A stretch of 63,745 nucleotides of DNA, counting the filler, from Choristocarpus tenellus KU-1152 (Eukaryota > Protista > Phaeophyceae), in the NCBI GenBank assembly GCA_964200185.2. It is 11 parts of 11 records of this genome, joined end to end, with 100 filler letters (N's around TTAATTAATTAA, not from the genome) between each part and the next. Parts side by side here need not be neighbours in the genome. Positions count along the whole stretch, not along the records: positions 41,947 to 53,947 come from CAXNAD020002029.1; positions 54,048 to 59,878 come from CAXNAD020009650.1; positions 59,979 to 63,745 come from CAXNAD020018043.1; 8 more parts are not named here. One strand, 5' to 3'. This document shows positions 52,493-63,745 of the stretch, in pieces (positions within the stretch are counted from its first letter, which is position 1; each line of letters opens with the position of its first letter). Under the pieces are notes generated by a model, which saw nothing but the letters and a program-made list of their open reading frames with translations, did not search any database and was not told the DNA's origin. The position numbers and the translations under genes are program-made.

Positions 52493-53947
52493 ATGATCGG
52501 GGGAAGAACGTACAATAAGGGTGCTAAGAGGCAACCAGAAGCTCTTGTATTCAGCAAGTCAATCGGAGGGGGATCATCTGGGCTTCGGGATAGCGAGGAT
52601 GGGTACCGGCGCAACGTAAGTTTGTAAGTTGCCCTTGTCTCATCAATTGTTGATACTTTTTCGGTGAGACACCTTGAAGGCTTGAGATAAGAAGGCAAAG
52701 CGCTTGTCTCCCTTCATTCACAAGCATTTTTGGACCTTGTTTGGACACAGATAACTGGGCAATTTGCAGGGACAAGGAATGTGGCGCTTCCAGGACAGCT
52801 GCAGGTGCGAGAGAGGTAACAAATTCTTGCTTTGTGTAACACTCGTCTCATTTGGACAACCTGGAAGTACTGCCACATTGTGGCCAGCGTCAGTATCATC
52901 ATGGTCTTATACACATCTCTTGGATTTCAACTCTCAATCACCCCCTTACTCATATCATGCACGAGGCAAGTGGCTGCCCTTCCTCTTTTTTGGACACAAA
53001 ACGCACACATTCAAAACACACGAATGCAAAACATCGCTGGCCAAACCCCAATAGTGATCACCCCGTCACTCCAACTCCACTTCACACTCTACCAGCTACA
53101 CAATGTCACCTCTCGTGCGATCCCTAGAGGTGGGATGGTTAGCGATGAATGCAACCCTATTCCACAACTAGTGCTCCAGGGAGTAGGTAAGGTTCAAGTT
53201 CCTCAAGAAAACCTAGACTCGGGTCCCGGTCAGGCAGGGCGAGTTCAAGGACGAGTGAATAGCGTAGCAAGTGTTCAACGGCCGAGGTCGGAGCTCGGGA
53301 AAGAATTAAGTCAAGGTGGGGAAAAGGTACAGGGCCAAGGTCAGGGGGATGGTAGGGGCCAACAACAGGTACAAAGGCGAGTGAGGAGTGAGGGACGGGG
53401 TCCTCAGTTTGCGGCGCCTCGCCAAGTTGTAGAAGGGGTGCAACATCCTCCGCGTCCCCAAAAAAAACATCAGGTATGGCAACAGCAGCAACGGGTGAGG
53501 AGGAGAGAAGTTTCTCAGCAGTCCGCATCACCACTGGTTGAAGATGGGGGTATGGGAGGAGCACCTTCAGCGGCTCTCCGTGCAAAATCATATCTCCCCA
53601 ACAGGCAAGGCAGTCAACAAGGGAGAAGACGAGGGGAGAATCAAGGGGTCACGGGGTTGTCTAGACAGGGAATGGAGCAACAGAAGGCCCAGTCCTGTGA
53701 TGCGCAGGAGGCAAGGAAGATATCACCACCTCAGAGGGGTGCATTGCATGAACAAGAGACAAGTACTGCTTCAGAGCAGGGAAAGGGGCATGGAGGTTCA
53801 ATAATGCAAGGAAATCGAGCTAAACAAGTTAGGCAAGACACTAGTTCAGGGGAAGGGCAAGGTTGGGCACAGGAAAGGCAACCAGGAGATGTGACATCCC
53901 TAAGAGGGCGGTGGAAGGGGGGGGAACTGCCACAACAACAGCAGCAG
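52493..53947 (+). CDS. Unknown Q/G/R-rich low-complexity protein, 5' part, truncated by contig end
   Basis: Long open purine-rich exon about 53130-53947; candidate upstream exons 52493-52615 and 52770-52815 (junction uncertain). Confidence 0.5.
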
Positions 53948-54373
53948 NNNNNNNNNNNNNNNNNNNNNNNNNNNNNNNNNNNNNNNNNNNNTTAATTAAT
54001 TAANNNNNNNNNNNNNNNNNNNNNNNNNNNNNNNNNNNNNNNNNNNNCCCCAAATGGACATGGCTCTACCCACCAAGATACTTTGACTCATAGCATATGC
54101 AATCAAATCAAATCAATCACTAATTTAAACACGAAAAATTACTTAAGAAGCCTCATCTCTAGTCTCAAGCATCTCCCGCTCTGAATCAAAATAAACCAAG
54201 TCCACCACGCTCTTCATGGACACACTCCTTAACACAGAACACTACAATCAGAATCACAATGACGATAATATCAATTCCACAAAGTCCGCTAATCCCTGCT
54301 GAACAGAGTCCAATTTTTCTGACTTGTGCCTGTCAGACACCGATCCCCCCACCCACCCCCCTCTTCTCCTTGC

Positions 54374-57300
54374 CTGTAAAATTGTTCCCACAAAGAACAA
54401 GATCCTCCAACTGCGTGAGGTCTGCCAGCAACAGGGGGATGTCACCTGTGCCAAAAATAAGGCCCACATGAGATACCAAAACAAGGGGGGGAAGAGGATG
54501 ACATTCATGTGAATATGTATGTATTTGTGGTCCATGTAACTCACCCTCACATTAAACCAGCCTCCACATATTGAAATTCCCCACAAATGGCTACTATATG
54601 ATATTATCACTAAAGCATTGTGGGAAACCTTCAACATCATCAGAAAAGATAATAGATTCAATAACAAAAAACAGGACCTTTTTTGTTAGAGATATTCTGG
54701 GCTAGCATTTCACCATTCTTAGGTCATTTTATCAGCTGCAACTTAGAACAGGATCGAGCCTGGATTTGCATCTACCTCATAAAGAAAGATGCAGATGTGA
54801 AGTCTTTTGGTTAAATAAATATTTCCCAATTGATTGACAAAGGAAGTCATCAAAAAGGTGCTTCTGCTGATGTGTAGGAGGGCCATTTTGAACCACTATG
54901 TTTCATTACAAGAAACTAGACCATCAATCTCCACTTTGAGTGTAGTTTTGAAAACCTAAGGCAAAATATAAGAATAGATGCCTAAAGTTTTCACTCTGGA
55001 CAACAGTTCTGAGCTGGTCAGAGTCACTCTGTAGCAAGGAATAGTCACATGATGTGCCCACTGGAACTTGTTTCTAGGAATTTCTGTTGAGCAATCTCTA
55101 CATCCTTGTGATTATGGTTCACGCAGCATGAAAATGTTAATTACCACAAACCATATACCTAAACATCGTTGTAAACCTTTGATCCTTTTTGATCAGTGCA
55201 TCGTCACATCTGATCAATATGACCCCAGTTCAGTAGGATGTGGGACAACTACAGACCAGAGTGTTTCACTCTCACTACACATCTCCAACCAGGGCTATAT
55301 TAAATTGCCTGATTCCTGCAGAGCCTCTGGGTCTGGAGATTTTGAGCATTCATCTGCTGGATATGTCCTCCAATGTACAAATATGCCAGTGAGCCTTTAT
55401 TGAGCAAAATATGGGCAATAAATCACCTGGGATATTAGCTACAACAGAATATCATGCTTCTGGCAGTTGCAACCAAAACATTCATGCATCCAGCACAAAA
55501 CTTTGCAATCCCTGTTGGCCTTCTGCCTCACGGAGATATACGGCACTTAGCACTTGACACGCTTTGTGCACATGCTTCAACTGAGCAAACAGAAGAATGA
55601 CATCTATCACGTCCAATACTCACTAAATCTCTTGACCAAAACAATACAAACAAACAAAAAATAGAAGTGGTACTGTGTGTGTGTGTGTTGTTCATGTCCA
55701 TATGATGCTTCAATTTTGAAACACAGTATAGCATGAAAAGGAGTAGGCGATGCTGCGCATATTAAAAGAGATAATAGAAAATTATAGAGGGCCTCATGAG
55801 ACCAAACTGTTTTTAATATCATTCACATTCTCAAGAGGATTTTCTTATGGTTGAGCAAAGGATAATCAAAAAGGATTTACTTATCCAAAACAGACTTCCA
55901 GTTCAATCATTATACATGTTAAATACACATATCTTCTAAATGATTAAGAACAATAAAACTGATCCCCATATTTTATGACAACATATTCAAATATTTCCTC
56001 TGTGGCAAAATGACCGAGCTTAGGATGAGGATCAGGGCTTTATGCACTCATCGAAAGTCAGATTAATCACCAGAGTAAAGACTGATGTACTGCAATGGGA
56101 AAGGGACACAGGACAAGGCCATACTCCTAGCTTCCCCCCGTCCAGTAAATTTTCTCCACCTTTTCATTTCACCATTGTCTAAGGGGCTGGGGCTTAGGCA
56201 TAGAGCACAGGACACAACAGTGGGGTCCGTGTAACTCACCATCTAACTCATTGTCCCCTAGGCAGAGCTGCTTCAGCTCACGCAGCTTAGCCAGCTCAAC
56301 CGGAATCGCACCTGATGCACACAAAAGAAGCACAACATAGGTATTATATGTACAGTGTACACCATAGTGCGTCTTTGTTGTGTACTTGTTAAAATGCTAG
56401 GAGTTACGAATTTTTTTAGCCCCTGTCTACACATACATCTGACAGTTTCTAATTTGTAACACATATCCACCAACATAAGGTGGTGTTGTAGATATTCAAC
56501 ATTCTCATTCCTAACAAAATAAAATAAAACACCACTCATACGTGAGAAATGTAGATATATGACGCTGCCTCTCCCCCCCTTCCCTTTCCATTACTGTTCC
56601 TTTTCAAACAGCATTGTGCCTGCTGCTATCCAAACTTAATTAAATCAAGCTTGATTGACTCACAGCTGCATACTCTACAATGACTGCCACCCTGGTTCTT
56701 CCTGTGACACAGGAATAATGACACATACCGGTAAGGTTATTGTTTCCCAGAAACAGGTGCTTGAGGCATGGCAACTTGCCCAGTTCTGGGGGGATCTTCC
56801 CCCCAAGCTTGTTGTTTCGCAGACTGAGTGTCTCCAGCGAAGAGAGCTTTCCTAGGGCAGGCTGGATACACCCTGGGATAAATTATTATTGTACAAGCAA
56901 AGTGAAGCTCAACAGGATATAAAAACAAGAAATGAAATGAAAGGTAATTTGCAAGTTACCCACGTGAAGTGAAAGGGTGAATAATAAAGTAGAGATCCCA
57001 TAGAGGTATCTGTTTGAAGAAGCATAGAGATAAGTAATTAGCTCCTAGCTTGAAGGGTCCCAAGGGTAGGGGAGGGAATGAAATATCTTAGGGTATTTTG
57101 ATGTGTAGTTGTGGAGGGATCTTAAGGAGACTGTTGAAGGACCTGCGCCAAAAGCATCATGTAGCAAGATAGCAATAAGAACACTTGCACAAAGTGGTAC
57201 GAGCATGCTGCATGCAACACGCAAAGTATCCAACCTCATACAACACAGCCATCACCAACACACCACCAAGCTTCAATCCGTAAATGAGCTTTTCCTTGAA

Positions 57301-58313
57301 ATACTGCATCTATGCTGCTAACCTTTGAGATTATTCCCGCGTAGGCTCAGCACACGGAGGTTGTAAAGCTTGCTCAGATCCTCGGGAATGCACCCTATGT
57401 TGAGGCGATAACAGAACGGGAGATGAGGAAAAGCATTGGAAATACGCTTTGTTGTCAGGGCATGGAATTTAAGTAGCATGGTCGAAGTTTCTACCTATGA
57501 TGTCGTAGTTCTGGTAGAACTCCCCTGGTGGTATGCAGGGGTGAAGATATTTGATTGAAAAATGCCACATTGAGCTTTCGGAAGGCATGAACGAGCCAGT
57601 GACCACGAGTAAACGTTCCTAGGTGCTTCGATATTACGAACGCTACCAAATTGGTGACGTTTGGGACTCCAAAATAAGATATCACCTTGCAGTTGGTTGT
57701 CACCCAGATACAGACGTTGTAAGCTTGCCAGTGTACCCAGGTCAGGAGGAAGAGCGCCTGATGAGGGGTGGGGCATGCTAGTTATCTTAGGGGCATGCAG
57801 GCATGCACAGGAACTCAGCAACGGCTTTCATTCCAAACTCGATCTATATTTAGCGACGAGGACTGACCTATTAATCCCTTCCGTTGGAGATCGATTAAAG
57901 TTACTGCGCCATTCTCGACCTCCACGCCACACCACTTGCTGAGGTCACGCTCATTCTCCGACCACCCTGTGCTCTGAGTCCACTCGGGCCCGCTAGTGCA
58001 CCAGAACAATGTCCGTAACGACCTACGGTCATCATCTGCTGATGTGCACAAGAGGTGGGACTAAGTGCACTTTGCTCGACAGAGAAGCATCAAGGCAACA
58101 GCAATGTTACTGCAACCCTACTACATATCATCAGACCCAGAGAAATTTTGGTGGCACATACGCCAAGAGTAGCATAGGCAAGAACATATGGTGTAGGGAC
58201 ACACCTTGGGTCTTCATTCTCTCCATTCCTACAATATCGTCACCATTCGCCCATGACTTAGAAGAGAATTCCCTTCCCCTTGTTGGAAGGCCTCCAACCT
58301 CGATATCTGGCAT
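54374..58313 (-). CDS. Plant-specific-class LRR protein with LRR N-cap; exons 58313-58205, 58038-57868, 57757-57686, 57394-57323, 56872-56729, 56311-56240, 54445-54374; 3' end missing
   Basis: N-cap L..LFWCTSGPEWTQSTGW...WCGVEV; repeats GxIPxxLxxLxxLxxLxLxxNxLx; exons of 72 or 144 nt, all phase 1. Confidence 0.92.
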
Positions 58314-61300
58314 GACGGACCGCCCCTCTTCCTCGGCACCAACGTCCTATCCTCTCTCCTTGTTTGTATGACAGAGATCCCCACCCACCCTTCAACATTC
58401 AAGTGGATCACACACTCGATATGTAGATTCAGGTAGTGAGAACTTGAAATCAGGTATACAATGAAGCAGTCTGTTTGAGTTCTTTCTTCAGGTTCGCGTT
58501 TTCAATCCTTATCCCTCACCCCCTCGCCATATATCACAGAGTGGACACACAGATTCTTCTCCAAGGTCACTTCTCCTTCAGATTTCTAGTTAATAATTAA
58601 TATTAGAATTGGATTTGTTATATTGTCTTATCACTCTGTCGTATTTTTTTCCGGGGAGAATTAATGTCATCCATTTTCTTATGGAAAAATATTATATTTA
58701 CGGATTAAATAAGTTCACCCGTGGAATGAAAAACATTACATCAATCATAGTGTTCACCATCGTTTCAAATATTAATAGTTTCGCATGTTTGAACCTCTTG
58801 TAAACGTCATGTCCTCATGCCTCTTTTGTTGAGGAGACCGTTCTCTGGTTGAATCGACCTGATTTGAACCCCTTCGAATAAACCAGGATGTACTCTTTAC
58901 AATAGGAAGAACTCCATGTACATATCTATAAGTCACTTGTATTTGTGATACACACAACTTGTATCTCCTCTACTATTATACCTGGCGCCAAAACAATGAA
59001 CACAAAACAATCCAAGATACAATAGGAGGTGTCAAGTCTTCATTGCCAAGTGCCAAAAGAAGTGGAGGGAGGTGTACCACAACAAGGTTCTATAGAGGGG
59101 CCAGGAGGGGGGAGGCGTGGAATGCTACCAATATCAGCGAAAGAAACCGACGAGCGAAAGGACCACAAAGGCATTAATGGAGACCACGCAATCTGTGTAA
59201 ATGAATAGTCCTGTGGCTACGAATCGGAATAAACCCTAAACTACGTGGTTTTGATATATTTAGCAACAAAAATGAGAGGGTACAAAAACCCTAGGATCAC
59301 CAGTGTTTTTGAGTAAGGTTGTAGTTTAGTTGGTGGAATATGCGGAAATAATTGTATTGTTAGGGAAAATGGATAAAATATCCTAACACTCACCAACTAC
59401 TACTGTTAATTTCCAGTGGACGAACGTAGAAGAAGATGGGAAAATCTGAATTATTAGTCCGCAGAGTCCTGAAAAATTAAAAAAGGGCCCTATCAAACAT
59501 TATAAATAGGATACGGTACATGCATGTATCCTTCAAATATTTGTAGATGTGTCAGGGGTTGAAGGAGGAACAAGATAAACACAAACACAATCACAAACAC
59601 AAACTGAAAACACTTCTCATATTACATCATCAATTGTCGTTTCCCATATAATAAGTACTTGAGAGGTGAACAAAGTTACATTTTAAGGATCCCAATAATG
59701 GCTAAAAGACGCCATTTTGTACAATCCCAGAAATAATTTTCCTGAATTGTGGTGTCACTTTGTGTCTAGAAAGGGGGCATATCAATTATGTGTACACTAA
59801 TATCGTATACATATTGTGGAAAGCATGTTTGTCTGTTATTATACCATTATTGCCGTATGCCATATACCGTTATACCGTNNNNNNNNNNNNNNNNNNNNNN
59901 NNNNNNNNNNNNNNNNNNNNNNTTAATTAATTAANNNNNNNNNNNNNNNNNNNNNNNNNNNNNNNNNNNNNNNNNNNNGTGTGTGGTGTGCCTTGGTTTT
60001 TTCTAGCGGGTTTGGGTTCTATCAGTCCTGCCTCTCATCACCCCGCCTCCTCCCTCGAATCTGGTAGTGTACGCCTTCCACCCACAATGAATCTTCGTTA
60101 GCCAAATGACCGCGTATCTTTTCCGCGCGTCCCATTTTTATTTTTATTTTTATTTTTTGGGGGGGGTGAGATATTATAACAGTAGCGGAAGAGTTCGAGG
60201 GCAAAAAGTTAGCAAAAAATTGCAATAATTATTTTCTACTATTTTCTATTAGTACTTCAAAAAATATATATATATATATTGTTCTCGTTCCTGTTCGCGC
60301 GATGACTCGAGAGTCACAAAGGAAAAAAGAGAGGTTCCCCCAGGGTTTTCTCGGTCGTTTTGGCACTTGAACACACTTCTTTTTTTTAATCTTTTTACAA
60401 TTCACCGATACTCTTAGGTCTGAAGTGCCAAGATTGACTAGGGTTAGGGTTAGGGTTGATTTCTTGTTGTTGTCCAAACAATTTCCGACAGGATTTAGAA
60501 AAAAAAATTGTTTACAAATTTGCACAAGAATTCTACTTTTTTCAGACATCATTGTCAGCATCCTCAAAATGCAACCCTAACCCTAACTCTTGTTTACTCT
60601 TGACTCACTAATAAAATTGTTTACTCTTGACTATGTCTATGTCCATCATCAGAAGTGTTAAAAAAAAATAGTGCTGTATCAAACCTTTTCCTACTATGAG
60701 AAACAATATTCCAGTTCTAAATAATCTTTTTTTTTCTACACCAGTTGCTGTCAAAAAGTAATCAAAAAATCTTCTGTACACCAAATTGCTGCAAACAGTT
60801 ATCTTTCTTAGTCACTAAAAACCGAAACCTTAGGGAAGCGACCACCACTGTTGTAGTGCACCAAGCACATTATCCATTGGAAGTAAAAATAGTCAATCAA
60901 TCTCTACGATACCCAATTGAAATAAAAGAAAAATAGAATCCATAATCCTAATTTATTATCAATAATACCATAAACTATTTTACTTACTGATAGTAATTCC
61001 TTACATCCCTCTCACCCTGCATATTATCAATAACACCATACATTGTAGCTATTAATAGTAATTTCTTACATTTCTAAACCTAACCCTAATACCATACAAC
61101 TATCTATTGTATTTTCGCCCTACCAATCTCTTACAACAAAGCCATTCATTAATAGCCCCTTGCTGACAGCTCACAACTCAAAACCTTCACAATCATCAAA
61201 CAAAATATCTATTACTTCAGTCTTCTATGTAGTATGTAGTACATTACATTAGCATATATTAGGTACAAAAATGCTCCACAAAAAAACATAAAAATCAATT

Positions 61301-61579
61301 AATGTAGAGCTATATGTACCACTATGAACCATAAAGGGTCAATGATAAGTACACAATTAAATCATATATACATACATATATTATGTGTGCATACTGAAGT
61401 ATATATTCCTATTGTACATCATTTGAATCAAACCTTGTGCAGCACATGGGAGCAAGACGTGGTAAGTGATGAATGAGTACACCGAGGAATATTCCCAGAA
61501 AATTACACACATGTGTGTGCGTGTGTGTGTACGTTCATATGTTGGGGCAAGAAAAAAAAGAGAAATCAATCAACCAATC

Positions 61580-62532
61580 ACCTGGTTTGTTCCTGGGCAT
61601 GCAAACAGTGCCAGGAACCTTGCTGGTCCACCCTCCCCCTCCCCCTCCCCCTCCCCTTTCCCCTTTCCTTCTCTGTTGCCACATTCCGTCCCACCCTTGT
61701 CCCCCACAGAGCTTTTTTTCTTGTCCCTGTAGCTTCTATTGGAAGCTCTGTGGCTAGCTCTGGGAGGTTGTTGAGGATAGTAAGAAAGGTCCTTGCCTGT
61801 GTATCTCCATGGGCATTACAGAAGTGGCCCAAAAAAATAGAAAAAAAAGGATGGGATAGGACATCATATGAAAGGAAAGCAACACAGTAGTCCCATTGTT
61901 AAGAGAGGGAGAGAGGGAGAGAGGGAGAGAGGGAGAGAGAGAGAGAGAGAGAGAGATAAGTACCATGTGACCCACCGGGGGTCAACTACCTTTAGGGTTA
62001 GGGGGAAGGACGGAACAAAACCAGGTTTTTCTTTCTTTTTTTTCCTTGGTCAACTAGTAGGGTTAGGGTTAGGGAAGGATGGAATAAATCCACACAAAGG
62101 TTTGCGATATTCACCAGCAATAGACGGTAGCATTGATCTGACACACAACACATCACTGCTACTACAGCAACAAAAACAAAAAAGGGGAGGGGGGGGGGGC
62201 AAGGAAACGCTCACATGATTCACAAGATCCAGGAGAGAGGAGGTGGACAAACGCCACCATCACCCATTGCCTGAAACCCACAAGCTGTAGCCAGAGATCA
62301 ACTGTGAAAGGCCGACACAGGTATGAAACGGGAGACCCTCCTTGGTCTGGCCCTGTCTCCACACAGCAATGATTACTATCGCCAGCAGGTGAAGGGAGAG
62401 TCGGGGGGGGGGGAAGCACAAGCCCTCCTCCACTTCGCTCCTCCTGTTGCCGTGAGGGAGATGGTGTGTAGATCATTAGTGGACTATTAGTGGAGAGGGT
62501 CACCATGCACACAGGAGTGGTATTCAAGCACT
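61580..62532 (-). CDS. Probable exons of an unknown gene (about 62532-62215 and 61796-61582)
   Basis: GC-richer open frames bounded by cag acceptors and gt donors; no recognisable domain. Confidence 0.3.
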
Positions 62533-62691
62533 CTGGATTGTGTCAGCAATCGTAATGGTCAAAACCACCCAACTATGCTCACATTTAGTCAACACAAGAG
62601 TATGCGGAGTTAACAGTACATACATACATACATACATACATACATACATACATACACACATACATATATATGGAATACTACATACTCTCTA

Positions 62692-63606
62692 TGTCCCCCC
62701 CGTAAGTCTGGGCCTTTAAAAGGTTTCTTGGTGAATTTTTTCTTTTCTTTTTTGTTTCAAAATGTGAGATTAAAAAAAAATTACAAACGATATCTCGTTC
62801 GAAAGCCAACAACTTCGGCTCGCGCACGAGATACCTTCAAGATTTTTTTTTATTATTTTTTTTCCCCTCCCCGGAAAATGGCAGATTTTAACCAAAACAG
62901 CAAAATCCGACCAAAGAAATGAACTCTAAATGATAATACAGTTAATCGGCCATAATAACGTCTCAACAACACCTCCGGTGGAAGACACGGTTCAGTGCTT
63001 TGGATGATTCCTCGCAACAGTTTTTGCATTGAAGGAAGTAGTCGTCGCTGTCACTCTCTCCCTCAATCCACCAAGTTGTGGTCGAGCTGTGCGTGTCTGT
63101 GTGAATCAACACTGGCTCTATTGGGGATGAAGTCATCCTGGACGCCCTCAGGAGAGAAATGAGAGCGACGATTAATTGATTTAATACAAAAACTGTCAAG
63201 GAATCATCCAACACAACCAACCGTGCCGAGGAGGTCTTTGTTGAGACGTTATGGCCCATTAACCACAATTTACAGACATCTTGGGCCAACTTTGCTGCTT
63301 TTGCTAAATCTGCCCATTCCTTAACAGAGATTTTTTTGGGGCTAAATTTTGCTGTTTTTGTCAAATCTGTCCATTTCCGAAAAAAAAAAAAAGGAAAAGT
63401 TTTTTGTGTTCAGGGGACGGTTTCTCAACCATTTCGAAAATGTAAAAAAAAATAAAAAATCTTGAAGGTATCTCATGTGCAAGCCGAAGTTGTTGGCTAT
63501 CGAACGAGATATCGTTTGTTATTTTTTTTTTAAATTAATCTCACATTTTGAAACAAAAAAAAAGTTAATTAACAAAAAACCTTTAAAGGCCCAGACTCAC
63601 AGGACA
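62692..63606. mobile_element. Foldback/hairpin non-autonomous element of about 900 bp
   Basis: Inverted arms from agtctgggcctttaaa / tttaaaggcccagact inward to gtcgtcgctgtcactctctcc / ggagagaaatgagagcgacga; loop of about 80 bp. Confidence 0.85.
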
Positions 63607-63644
63607 CACAGCGAGTATGAACATGTACCACTTTTATTATTATT

Positions 63645-63679
<35 letters not shown>

Positions 63680-63745
63680 CATCATAATAATAATAATACA
63701 TTCTCACATGTACTACACGCATTCGTGTTCATACCAGGGGATGAT

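Noticed and set aside
56780-56810. Apparent frameshift in an LRR exon
   Set aside because: Recounting the G6 and C6 runs shows the frame is intact (LGGKIPPELGKL)

Overview
Eukaryotic, intron-rich draft-genome sequence, most consistent with a photosynthetic stramenopile such as a brown alga (inference from a signal peptide + 'ASTEAF' bipartite plastid presequence, 72-nt LRR exons and TTAGGG tracts). The window is not one locus: 11 contigs are joined by ten identical 100-bp linkers (N44-TTAATTAATTAA-N44). Spliced genes read by hand: USP/C19 deubiquitinase (3' part), IQ-motif protein (3' end), plastid-targeted YbaB/EbfC (complete), FMR1/FXR-like KH protein (5' part), Nma111/DEG7-type protease (internal exons), NT5C3-like HAD nucleotidase (5' part), PDS5 (5' part), an intronless coiled-coil ORF (possibly Nsl1/Mis14), ELF1/ELOF1 (complete), an LRR protein built from 72-nt phase-1 exons, and several unknowns. 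The rest is decayed copia, RTE-like LINE and mariner sequence, several MITE/foldback families and microsatellites. Most listed six-frame ORFs look spurious. No rRNA, tRNA or CRISPR was seen. I found no convincing new multi-gene system. The best leads are the modular LRR gene, the PDS5/Nsl1-like head-to-head pair, the FXR-like protein, recurrent GC-AG introns and the hairpin/MITE families.
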